This document shows, in pieces, positions 43,271 to 54,021 of a DNA stretch of 64,000 nucleotides; within the stretch, counting starts at the first letter, position 1, and every line of letters starts with the position of its first letter. The position numbers were made by a program, and so were the translations under genes. The notes under the pieces are model-generated. The model searched no databases and was not told the DNA's origin. It saw only the letters and a program-made list of their open reading frames with translations. Source of the DNA: Neocallimastix sp. 'constans' (Eukaryota); assembly GCA_050613775.1 (NCBI GenBank), contig JBODTK010000001.1, positions 558,001 to 622,000 on the forward strand, written 5' to 3'.

Positions 43271-44758
43271 ATGGCTATGGGATGTAAATATTATTCTTAT
43301 TTTTCTTCAAGAACTCCTTTCAATGATGTTCAATATATATTAAATAAAATTAATTTTGAAAAAACATTATCAAAACCAATACAAGATAAGATAAAGTATC
43401 AAAATTATTTCAATTCTCCAAAACCAACTAAAATAACTACTCAAAATGATTTTTATTCTACAAGTGAAGATCACAATGAAAATGATGTTAGTTTTGCTCA
43501 ATATCAAGATCAAATGAATCTTAAAAAAGGAAATGCTTTTCATATTCAACAACAACAAGAAAAGTATCTTGAATACTTATTTGCTAAGGAAAAGAATTTA
43601 ACTATGAAACATCAAAGTGCAAATAGCATTAATGAATGGTTATTTACTAAATTCAATAATAATTATTCAGAAATTTATTATAAAATGTTTCCAAATGTTA
43701 ATCAAAATCAAAGTCAAGATAATAAATTATCTAATCAAACTTATTTAGAAGAAGATAAAAAGATAATAAAATCACAAAGTTTAAAGGAGACCATTCCACA
43801 ATACCAATATCCCTATATAAATGAGAAATTAAAGCGTTGTAGTTCATATAAATTCTTAATGAATCATAAATTAAATGGTGATTTTATAAATAAATATGAA
43901 CTAATCGATGAACTTGGTAGTGGAGGTTTTGGTTTTGTTCTCTTAGCAAAAGAAATCTCAACTCAAAGAAAGGTTGCTGTGAAATTTATCTTTAAAAATA
44001 AGATTCCAAAATCTGCTTGGGTGCCTGATGAAAAGGAAGGTTTTATTCCAATGGAATGCTTTATTATGAAACAAGTAAATCATCCAAATATTGTAAAATA
44101 TCTAGACAGTTATTCTGATTCAAAATTATTCTACATTGTTATGGAACTTCATGGTGATAATTGGGCTGCCAGTGAAACTAATATTAATGATGGTCAAAAT
44201 GAATGTCAAAATGCAATGGATTTATTTGAATGCATTGAATCAAGATCAATGAGATTCACAGAATATCAAGCAAAATATATTTTCAAACAAATATTTGATG
44301 CAGTAAATTATCTTTATAATCATGGTATTGTCCACCGTGATCTTAAGGATGAAAATATATTAATTGATAGAAAATTTAATATTAAATTGGCTGATTTTGG
44401 TGCTGCTTCTTACATTAGAAATTATCATAAGAATAATGCTTATTTTGTAAATAAATTTTTAGGAACTCTTGCTTATGCCCCACCAGAGGTACTTAAAGGT
44501 GAAGAATTTGGTAACATAGCTCAAGAAGTTTTTTCCTTAGGTACTATGTTGTATTTATTAATTTTTGGTGAAATACCATTCAAGACTCCTGAAGAAACTC
44601 TTTTTTCAAATAATATATATATGAATGCCCCAAGAAATGTAAGTTGTTCTCAAGAAGTATTAAACTTAATTGAATGGATGCTTCAAAAAAATCCAAAAGA
44701 TCGTCCATCATTAAATTCAATATTAAATCATCCATGGATGAAAAATAATACAATATAA
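43271..44758 (+). CDS. Ser/Thr protein kinase, PAS-kinase (PASK/Psk)-like catalytic domain, intronless
   Basis: LGSGGFG, VAVKFIFKNKI..W, IVMELHG..MDLFECIE (PASK-like), HRDLKDEN, DFG, GTLAYAPPE. Confidence 0.88.
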   Translation: MAMGCKYYSYFSSRTPFNDVQYILNKINFEKTLSKPIQDKIKYQNYFNSPKPTKITTQNDFYSTSEDHNENDVSFAQYQDQMNLKKGNAFHIQQQQEKYLEYLFAKEKNLTMKHQSANSINEWLFTKFNNNYSEIYYKMFPNVNQNQSQDNKLSNQTYLEEDKKIIKSQSLKETIPQYQYPYINEKLKRCSSYKFLMNHKLNGDFINKYELIDELGSGGFGFVLLAKEISTQRKVAVKFIFKNKIPKSAWVPDEKEGFIPMECFIMKQVNHPNIVKYLDSYSDSKLFYIVMELHGDNWAASETNINDGQNECQNAMDLFECIESRSMRFTEYQAKYIFKQIFDAVNYLYNHGIVHRDLKDENILIDRKFNIKLADFGAASYIRNYHKNNAYFVNKFLGTLAYAPPEVLKGEEFGNIAQEVFSLGTMLYLLIFGEIPFKTPEETLFSNNIYMNAPRNVSCSQEVLNLIEWMLQKNPKDRPSLNSILNHPWMKNNTI

Positions 44759-45938
44759 ACAAAAGAAAAAGAATAAAAAAAATAATTTTAAAATTTTATT
44801 TTTATTTTTATTTTTTTTGCTTTTCTTTTTAAAATAAAATATCCACACCATCTATCAAACGCATAAATTAAGCAAACAAATAACAATTCACATCTATTAA
44901 GAAAAATATATATATATAGTTTTCTTAATTAATTTAATATTTTTAATTTCTTTTTTTTTTCATTACTTTTTTTTTTTTTTTTTTTTTTTCTTTCACGAAG
45001 TTATATGAAAAATTAAAAAAAAAAAAAAGAAAAAGAAAGAAAAGAAAGAAATAAAAGCGAAAGCAAAATTCGTTATTAAAAACATTCGTAGTATACCAGA
45101 AATAAAAAAATATATATATTGTAAATAATAAATGCAGATCTTTATATATATATAACCTATCTATCTTTAATCCCTTATATATATATATATATAAAGCAAT
45201 ATTTGTATTATGTATAAATTTTTTTATTGTAAAATATATATGATATATATGTTTATTATTTATAAAATTTATAAAGTATATATATTTTTTTTGAAAAAAA
45301 TTTAAAATTAAAACTAATATATCTATCTAATTTATTTTATATATAAAATTAAGAAATTTTAAAGTATTTTTTTTTTTTTTTTTATATATATATATTTATT
45401 AATAAAATAAAATAAAAAAAAAAAAAAAGTTATTAAAAGATAATAATTAATAATTTATTATTTTTTATTTTTTTTTATCTAATTTTTTTTTTTTTTTTAT
45501 TTTATATATATTTATATAAATATTATAAAAAAAAAATTTTTTTTCTAATTATTTTCAAATCATTAAAAATCATTCATATATATATTTATTATATATAATA
45601 TATATATATTTTATATTTATTTAATATATAAAATTTTTTTAATTTAATAATTATCAGTTTTTAAAATTAAATTAATACTCTATGTTTTTCTATTTTTTTA
45701 ATAATAATAATAAAAAAAAAAAAAAAAAAAATTAAAATAAATAAAAAATTTATTAAAACTTTATAAAAAAAAAAATTCTTTTTTTTACTTTTTATTTTTG
45801 AAATTAAGTATATAAGATATAAAAGTTTTTGTGTTCTTAAATAAACTAATATAAGAAATGAAAATAAAATAAAATAAAAAAAAAAAAAAAAAAAAAAAGA
45901 CAATTTTAAGTAATTTACTATTAACATTGTGAAGTTAA

Positions 45939-47400
45939 AGCGAATCTAGATGTTGTGATGGACTCTTTGCAGGTTTACAAAAAGCCAATTCTTTTATTAA
46001 TGTATATTCTATTTCAAAAGATTTAAATATTCTTCCATTGTCAGCTAAGTGTGCTTTGTCTCAAGTCAAATGTTTTGATAAATGGAAAGATTCAAATTGT
46101 ATTATTTCCTATTTAGTTAATAATATTCCAAAATCTAGAAAATATACATGGACAAAAGAAAGTAGAACTCTTAAACGTAAACTAGAGAAAAGAGGTAATA
46201 ACGATTATAAAATCAAGGATTTTTATTGGAAAAGAGATATGAAAATCAATTCTATTAAAGCTGAGTTTTATGACAAAAACAAATTCGAAGAAACATCAAA
46301 ATTTATTAAACTTTGTTATGAATATCCTGATCTTTTATATGGTTTCTATTGGCTATTGAAAGCACGAAGCGGATATAGATTAGATGCTAGAATTGCTAAA
46401 GCTGCAAAATTAGTAGATCAAATGTGTCCTAATTTTTATCCCTGTTGTAAAAGTAATAAACAATGGATAAGTCATTGGTTAATTGATTGTCCTTTTTTCA
46501 ATCATATTCGTAGTAAAGTTAATGATAAAATTTTATTTTTATATAATGCTTTTATCCGTGACAACCTAACAAATGATATTGTTAATAGTAATAATGATAA
46601 TAGTACTAGTAATAATAGTAATAGTAATAATAGTATTAGTAATATATCATAATTTATTTATTTTTAATGTATTAAAATTATTTATTAGTACATTATAAAC
46701 AAACTAAAAAAAAAACCTATCTGATTATTTAAAATAAAATAAATTAAAATATATATTTATTAAAATAGATAGTAATAATAGTAAAAAAATAAAAATAAAA
46801 AATTAATAATATAATATAGTAAATAATAAATAAATAATATAAAATAGTTAAGTATTTTTCTATAAATTAAAAATTTAGAAATTACCAAAAAAAAAAAAAA
46901 AAAAAAAAAAATTAAAATTAATACAAAACAAAAATAATAATAATTAAAAATATAAAAATTTAAAAAAGAAAAAAAAACAAAAGGAATAAAAGAAAAAATA
47001 ATAATAATTTCCTCAGTAACTTTTAAAGTAAAAAAAAAAAAAAGTAGTAATAATAAATTATAATAAAAAAAAAATAATAAAATAAAAATAAATTAAAATA
47101 AAAAGAATAAAAATAATAAAATAAAATTAAATCATTCTTAAAAAAAAAAAAAAAATAATTAATATTAATAATTAATTAAAAAAAAAATAATAAAAATAAA
47201 TAAAACAAAATAAAAAATAATATTTAAAAAAAAAAAAAAAAATTAAATTCATTAATAATTTAAAGTGTTTTAGTTTATTATTATTTTTTTTTTAATCTTT
47301 TAATTATATAATTTATTTTTTTATTTTATAATTATATGTAATACATAAAAATATTTTAATCTATTTAATAAAGTACTTAAAAAATGTATTCTCTTCCTAG

Positions 47401-47431
<31 letters not shown>
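45939..47431 (+). mobile_element. Truncated LINE fragment related to the 10.9-kb element
   Basis: RCCDGLFA (45948-45971) joined in frame to SKDLNILPLSAKCA..CFDKWKDSNCIISYLV..YTWTK..PCC..HWLIDCP, homologous to ORF 10994-12448. The 3' end TTCCTAGTCT plus poly(A) at about 47394-47431 is identical to the first LINE's terminus. The 46650-47340 stretch is low-complexity. Confidence 0.8.
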
Positions 47432-48403
47432 TAAAAATCGACAGTTTTCCTTTCTAAAGTAGTTTCTAGTACAAAGAGAGTAAATTTATATTTGTGTAAT
47501 AATTCTATTAAGAACTAACTCAAAATAGAATTATTAACTACAACTTAACGACTAATTCATTAAGTTGAGAAAATAAAATAAAATAAATTTTTTTACCTTT
47601 AGAGTAGAGTTTATTATAAAATTAATTATAATAATAACACAAAAAGTAAGAGAAGAATTGTTTGTATAAATTGATTTTAAAAATATGTTTTTGAATAAAA
47701 TATTTTTATTAATTTATTAAAGTTAAAAATATAAAATTGTTACTATTATAACTATGTTTTTTATAATAATAACTCTTGATTTCTCAAAGAGAACTCAAGA
47801 GCCTTATTTATATTTTTTTATGAAAATAAGGTTAAATAAGAAAGGGTTTTCTAATCTTAACAAATCTCTTATCTAGGAAAAGATTAGATAGAAAAACCTA
47901 GATAAGTTTTCGATCGATATTCTATCCATATCGATCATCGCATTAATTAAGTAAAACCGATTACTTCTAAAAAGTAATTGGAAAAAATCTTAATTAACCG
48001 ATTTTCCAATCTAATGATCGAAAATAAAAGAATAAAATAATAAAAGATATTTCGATCATATAATTTATTCTTATATTAAAAATATAAAATTAAATAGTTA
48101 ATAAAATACAGAATACATTATAAAATACAGAATACATTATAAAATACAGAATACATTATAAAATACAGAATAAAATACAATACAAAATACATTAGTTACA
48201 GTAGAGAATTTAGCATATTGTAAATATATTATTTAAAATTAATTAAATAAATTTTGTTAAATTAATGAATATTTAAAATTAAATTAAATAAATTTAATAA
48301 ATATTATATGTAATTAAATAAAGTTATAGTTATAATAACTTAACTAAGAAAATATAATTATTTGCTAACAAATAATTATAGATTCTTACATTGCTCTGTT
48401 TAA

Positions 48404-51400
48404 TTATGATGTTTCCATTAAGTCTTCATTTCTTTTAGTATATGGTTCCAATTGTGAGATATGAAATACCGGATGGAGATGTAAGTTCTCTGGAAGTTCC
48501 AAACGGTAATTCATTCTTTCCCTTTTCTCGATGATTTTAAAAGGTCCAAGATATTGAGTGGATAATTTTCTAGAGGGTTCATTCGTAAAGTAGTATCTTC
48601 TAAGCATAACCAAATCATTTACCTTAAAGTCAGGTCCTACAGATTTTTTATTGTCAGCATATTTCTTAAAATCTTCTTTGGCTTTAACTAAATGTTGACG
48701 AAGGGCATTGAAATGTGAAGACCAATCCCTTGTAAGAACAGAAGCACTATCTTTTAGCAGAATCGGTGGTGAATCAATAACACAATTTGGGTCAAATCCA
48801 TAGTTAGCATGAAAAGGAGTTTGAGCTATTGATTTGTGAATGGAGTTGTTGTAGGACATTTCACATAAAGGGAGGTAGAAACACCATTCATTTTGAGCAG
48901 AAGAACAATAGCAGCGAAGATATTGTTCTATTACAGCATTAGCCCGTTCAACCTGACCATTTGATTGTTGGTGGTGAGCAGTAGCAAGTCTTGGTTTAGC
49001 ACGAATAGCATCGCACAACGAAGTCCAAAATTGAGAAGAGAATTGGGAACCATGATCAGACACAATCACTTTAGGAAAACCATGATACTTAAAGACTTGG
49101 AAAAGTAAGAGCTTAGCAGTTAAATCGGCAGAGGGAACATCGGAGCAGGGTACTAAATGAATCATTTTGGTTAAATGATCAGAAACAACCATGATACAAG
49201 TGCAATCTTGTGAAGAAGGCAATGAAACAATAAAATCGACGCCAATAACTTCCCAGGGTTTTGTAGGAGTAGGAAGTGGTATTAGTTTACCATAAGGTTT
49301 ATGACGACGGATTTTATTTCTACAACAAACATCACAAGAAGCCACATAATTTGAAATATCTTTTTTCATATTAGGCCAGCAGTAGTTCCTTCTGAGTTTT
49401 TCAAAGGTCCTATCTACCCCCTGATGGCCACTAGTGGGTGCATCATGGAAAGACTTTAAAAGTCTAGCCCTGAGACTGGAAGGGATAATAATACGCTTCT
49501 GAAAGTGAAGTACGCCATCGACGAAGGAAAATAAAGAACTTTTGATGTTGTTTGACTTATCCCTTATTTTTAAGAGGATATTTTTACAATAATTATCAGC
49601 TTTCTGTGCTTCAATAAGACTACTAATATTGTCATTTATAGCACAACAGAAAGCATTATTGTTAATTACAGGTTGTGATTCAGATGAAGAGTCAGATTTA
49701 AAATCTGGGCGTCTTGAAAGAGCATCTGGTTTGCTACTTTTAGCGCCTGATCTGAATGCAATCCTATAGTCAAACTTTGATAAAAAGAGACTCCAACGTA
49801 TTTGTCTTTGATTTAAATGTTGGGGTTTCTTAAAATACAATAAGTTCTTGTGGTCTGTTATTACTTGAACAGGAAATTTTGCGCCTTCTAAATGATGCCT
49901 CCAAGTTTCAAACGCAGTAATTATAGCAAGAAGTTCTTTATCATATATAGTATAATTGACTTCTGCTTTATTGAGGGATCTAGAATGGAAGGCTACGGGA
50001 TGCAATAAGTTATCAGTGTCACTAACCTGAGAAAGTATGCAACCGACAGCAAAGTCGCTAGCATCTGTTTCAACGATGAATTCTTTCTCTGGATTAGGAA
50101 AAATGAGCACTTCATCAGCTTTAAAAGATTCTTTCAATTTATTAAAAGCTTCATTTGCTGATTCATCCCAATTAAATGTAGTATTTTTCCTTAAAAGTCG
50201 ACGAAGAGGTTCCATATTTTTGGCAAAATTATTGATAAACTTTCTATAGAAATTACATAAGCCTAGAAAACTTTGTAATTCCTTTTGATTCTTCGGAATA
50301 GGCCAATCCAGAACAGATTTTACCTTATCCTTATCCATAGTGAGACCATCTACAGAAACAGTGAAGCCTAAGAAAGTGGTTTTAGTAACATGGAAGTCAC
50401 ATTTCTCTAATTTAGCATATAATCCATTGTTGATGAGAAGTTGAAGAACGATCCTAACATGTTTAATATGTTCTTTTTCGTTGTTAGAGTAAATAATGAT
50501 GTCGTCCAGATAGACTTGCACGAAAGAACCAATGATATCACTGAAGATATCTTGTACAAAACGTTGAAAAACCGAAGGGGCATTTCGAAGTCCAAAAGGC
50601 ATAACGAGATATTCGAAATGTCCTAAAGGGGTTCTAAAAGCAGTAAGATATTCGTGACCTTCTTTAACTCTGATTAGGTTATAAGCAGATCTAAGGTCAA
50701 GACGAGTAAATATCTTAGCTCCTTGAAAGGATTCAATCAAGTCATTTATTCTTGGAATTGGGTAGCTATTACGGATTGTGATAGCATTTAATCGGCGATA
50801 ATCTACACAGAGTCTAAGGGTACCATCGCGTTTCATTACAAATAATATAGGAGCACCTGCTGGTGATTTTGACTTCCTAATGAATTTCTTTTTTAAGTTT
50901 TCCTTAATATAATCCTTTAAAGCTTTCAGTTCTTGTACAGTAAGAGAGTATATTGGACCAAAATAAAGTTGTCCACCAGGAATAAGCTCAATAGCAATAT
51001 CATAGTCACGATGAGGTGGTAAGTTTTCAGCTTGTTTCTTTTCAAATACTATTTTAAGATCCGAATAGTATTTATTAATAATCTCTTCTTTTCCCTGAAC
51101 GTCAGTGTTTACTTCTTCTGAATCAATCATTGCAGCACATAAATCAGAATCTGAGATATCTGTATCAAAAGCCGAATTTGGTAATACTGAATCTTCTTCT
51201 GAATTCTCCAACATTGAAGCAGTAATATTTTTATTTTGATTAAAAAGCTTATTACTTTTGGAGGATGGGCAATGTGAGCCACAGTATCTACCAAGGAAGT
51301 AGATTCTATTATTTTTATAATCGATGAAAGGATTGTGAACGGATAACCAATCCCTTCCAAGAATACCATTAATGCCCTGAAGAGATAGATTAGCAATGCA

Positions 51401-52447
51401 GAATTCAAAAGTTTCCTTATGATCCATAAATTTTAATTTAAGGGGCTTAGTAGTTTGTTTAATATTCATACTTTTCCCATTAGGAAGTTGGATATTGATT
51501 TGAGAATTAAGTCCTAACACAGGTAATTTATTAGAATTTGCGAAGTTTTTACAAATAAAACTTCTGGCAGAACCCGAATCAATTAATAGATTTGCCTTAA
51601 TATTTCTTCCATTAATATCAAGGTAGAAGGTAGTTGTGATTGTTGTTTTAATATTCGGGGTGTAATTTGCTGAAAGTATGTCGTTTTTAGCCTTATTTTT
51701 TCTGAAATGAGAATGTTTAGAATTCTTTTCTGATTTTAATAAATCGTTTCTCTTCCTATGAAACGACATTTTTCCATTAAATTTATTTTTTTGATTGTGG
51801 CGTAGACGACTTTCCAAAAAACACTTCTTATCAATTCCAATAATAATGTTGGTAGCTTCAAAAAGAGTAGATAGCTTTTCGAGTTTATCAAACTCTTCGC
51901 GGACTTTGTCAAGTAGACCCTTACCGATGATATCAATTAAAACTTCGTCGGGCCATCCTAAACGTCCAGCCAATCTCCGAAATTCAATAGTATATTCAGC
52001 AACATTTCCTAATTGAAGTTGTTTCAATTTCCATAACTTTTCCATGATGACATATTTTTGCTTCCTTTCATTCCCAATATCAAAGTTATCCAGTAAGAGC
52101 TTCTTAAACTTACTAAATTCAAGGTTCTTTAGAGTACCATCAGTTAAAAGAGAAAGACCCCATTTTCTGGCGGTACCAGTAAGTTTATTAATAACAAAAG
52201 AATTTTTTAGTTCATCCTTTTGAAAAGAATTTGGATGCTCCTTAAAGAAATCTTCACTTTGAATTAAAATTTCTAATATATTTAGTTTATTGCTTTCATT
52301 TTCCTTTTGGAGGAAACCATTAGGAGAAAAGAAAGCAGGAATGAAGTCAGCAATTACAGTAATAAGTTTGGATGCATTTTCATCATGGAGATAGGAATTA
52401 TTAACTTCACTTGAGGAAATTGCTTGTTTATTACTATTGAAATCCAT
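48404..52447 (-). CDS. Gag-Pol polyprotein (Gag-PR-RT-RNaseH-IN), 1347 aa
   Basis: PR LIDSGS; RT LRLCVDYRRLN, MPFGLRNAP, YLDD; RNase H ETDASDFAVG; IN HHCC (HDAPTSGH..CDVC), D-D-E (VDFI, SDHG, QVER) and GPF motif. No chromodomain is visible. Confidence 0.96.
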   Translation of the reverse strand: MDFNSNKQAISSSEVNNSYLHDENASKLITVIADFIPAFFSPNGFLQKENESNKLNILEILIQSEDFFKEHPNSFQKDELKNSFVINKLTGTARKWGLSLLTDGTLKNLEFSKFKKLLLDNFDIGNERKQKYVIMEKLWKLKQLQLGNVAEYTIEFRRLAGRLGWPDEVLIDIIGKGLLDKVREEFDKLEKLSTLFEATNIIIGIDKKCFLESRLRHNQKNKFNGKMSFHRKRNDLLKSEKNSKHSHFRKNKAKNDILSANYTPNIKTTITTTFYLDINGRNIKANLLIDSGSARSFICKNFANSNKLPVLGLNSQINIQLPNGKSMNIKQTTKPLKLKFMDHKETFEFCIANLSLQGINGILGRDWLSVHNPFIDYKNNRIYFLGRYCGSHCPSSKSNKLFNQNKNITASMLENSEEDSVLPNSAFDTDISDSDLCAAMIDSEEVNTDVQGKEEIINKYYSDLKIVFEKKQAENLPPHRDYDIAIELIPGGQLYFGPIYSLTVQELKALKDYIKENLKKKFIRKSKSPAGAPILFVMKRDGTLRLCVDYRRLNAITIRNSYPIPRINDLIESFQGAKIFTRLDLRSAYNLIRVKEGHEYLTAFRTPLGHFEYLVMPFGLRNAPSVFQRFVQDIFSDIIGSFVQVYLDDIIIYSNNEKEHIKHVRIVLQLLINNGLYAKLEKCDFHVTKTTFLGFTVSVDGLTMDKDKVKSVLDWPIPKNQKELQSFLGLCNFYRKFINNFAKNMEPLRRLLRKNTTFNWDESANEAFNKLKESFKADEVLIFPNPEKEFIVETDASDFAVGCILSQVSDTDNLLHPVAFHSRSLNKAEVNYTIYDKELLAIITAFETWRHHLEGAKFPVQVITDHKNLLYFKKPQHLNQRQIRWSLFLSKFDYRIAFRSGAKSSKPDALSRRPDFKSDSSSESQPVINNNAFCCAINDNISSLIEAQKADNYCKNILLKIRDKSNNIKSSLFSFVDGVLHFQKRIIIPSSLRARLLKSFHDAPTSGHQGVDRTFEKLRRNYCWPNMKKDISNYVASCDVCCRNKIRRHKPYGKLIPLPTPTKPWEVIGVDFIVSLPSSQDCTCIMVVSDHLTKMIHLVPCSDVPSADLTAKLLLFQVFKYHGFPKVIVSDHGSQFSSQFWTSLCDAIRAKPRLATAHHQQSNGQVERANAVIEQYLRCYCSSAQNEWCFYLPLCEMSYNNSIHKSIAQTPFHANYGFDPNCVIDSPPILLKDSASVLTRDWSSHFNALRQHLVKAKEDFKKYADNKKSVGPDFKVNDLVMLRRYYFTNEPSRKLSTQYLGPFKIIEKRERMNYRLELPENLHLHPVFHISQLEPYTKRNEDLMETS

Positions 52448-53263
52448 TTTTATGCCTTTAGTATAGATAAAAATAGGATAGAGTTAACAAAATGGACATT
52501 TTTATTACACAAAATTAAGAATTATAATAAGGATTTTGATTAATAAATATTTTATAGAATACACTTTAAATTCTTCCTTCCCGTGTTACCGTTCATTTGG
52601 TTTATCAACCAAAGGGCTGAGGTGTAGGTCTAATGTTACAGCCTACCAGTAACGGTCAACTACGTACTTGGAAATTAAATTAAAATGATTAACAAAATAT
52701 TATTATAAACTTATCCTTTATTATAAACTTCTGCATAAATACAATATTTAGTATTATTTTAATTAAAATTCAATATCACTTTCTTATGCCTTACAACATT
52801 CAAAAACCGGCAAAAGTGATCCATTAAAACATAAAAAAAATATTTTATGTTTTCCATAGCAGTTTTATATAATCAAGCATAAAAAAACATAACTGCTATA
52901 ACCAATTTTGTTTGGGATAAACAAACTGTTAAAACCCATTATTAAAATTAAAACTATATAATTTTACTTCAATACATAAATTGAAGAACCTCGAGGCCTT
53001 CGGTGACCAAGAGTTCCTTATTCGCTAGAGCTACATTCGGATAACCTATACTTTCACGTGAAATACTGCATTTCCGTACAGTACAAACCGCTACGGTATA
53101 GGAAAAGGAGACCTTTCCTTTATTACTACCTAAAAATGTACTCACCATCCCCAATTAGATGGCTAACTCTATATATGAAGGTATTATTACCTTCTCAGTT
53201 TGTTATTTTTTTATTTATTTTTTAATGTTTTTATTTATTTCTTTATTTATTTATTATTATTAT

Positions 53264-53312
<49 letters not shown>

Positions 53313-53510
53313 ATTTTAAATTATTATTTCTATTCTTAATTATATTATCTAAAATTATTATTATTCTATACTATTAATTCTAAATTATTAAAATAATTCT
53401 AATCTATAATATATTATATTTATTCTAAAATTATTTTAATTAACTTAAATTATTATAATCTAAAACTATTCTAGAATATTAATTTATTATTCTATTATTA
53501 ATTATTAAAA

Positions 53511-53543
<33 letters not shown>

Positions 53544-53638
53544 CAATCAAAATTGCTAATAAAAATTTTTTTTTGCGCCACTCTAGCTATATATTATTAT
53601 TGTATTCTAATATATATAATTTCAATAGACTAATTCAC

Positions 53639-53930
53639 GGGAGAGTTGCATTTCCCCAAATTGCATTTCGCCAGATTGCATTTCGCCAAGTGGCGTAGTA
53701 TTAAAATGTTGCATTTCTCCAAGTTGCATTTCCCCAAGTTGCTATTCGCCAGGTTGCATTTCGACAAGTAGAGTATTGATATAAATAAATGAATAAATAA
53801 ATAAAATTAATTCAAAATATTTTTTTTAAAATTATTTTTATGCGATATTAATAATATTTAATTTTATTTATTGATTTATTTAATAATTTTCAATTTGGCG
53901 AAATGCAACTTGGCGAAATGCCCCACACCC
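53639..53930. mobile_element. Mutator-like MITE nested in the retrotransposon 5' leader
   Basis: Imperfect 40-bp TIRs starting GGG (53639-53678 and 53891-53930), a 9-bp TSD CTAATTCAC (53630-53638 and 53931-53939), and internal 15-bp repeats TTGCATTTCGCCAAG. Confidence 0.85.
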
Positions 53931-54009
53931 CTAATTCACTAATAAAATTTCCAATGTTACACTATTCTAAAAATTTTTCACATTTTATCTAACCCTAAGC
54001 TAATCTAAG

Positions 54010-54021
54010 AAGAGTTATTAT
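54010..54021 (-). promoter_or_regulatory. Self-priming-type primer binding site
   Basis: Minus-strand ATAATAACTCTT directly after the 5' LTR. It is perfectly complementary to minus-strand AAGAGTTATTAT at 54306-54295, 35 nt downstream of TATAAATA (starting 54341). No TGG tRNA-type PBS is present. Confidence 0.8.

Noticed and set aside
52632..53961. AATGTTACA pair as the 9-bp TSD of a large DNA transposon
   Set aside because: No terminal inverted repeats lie inside the pair.
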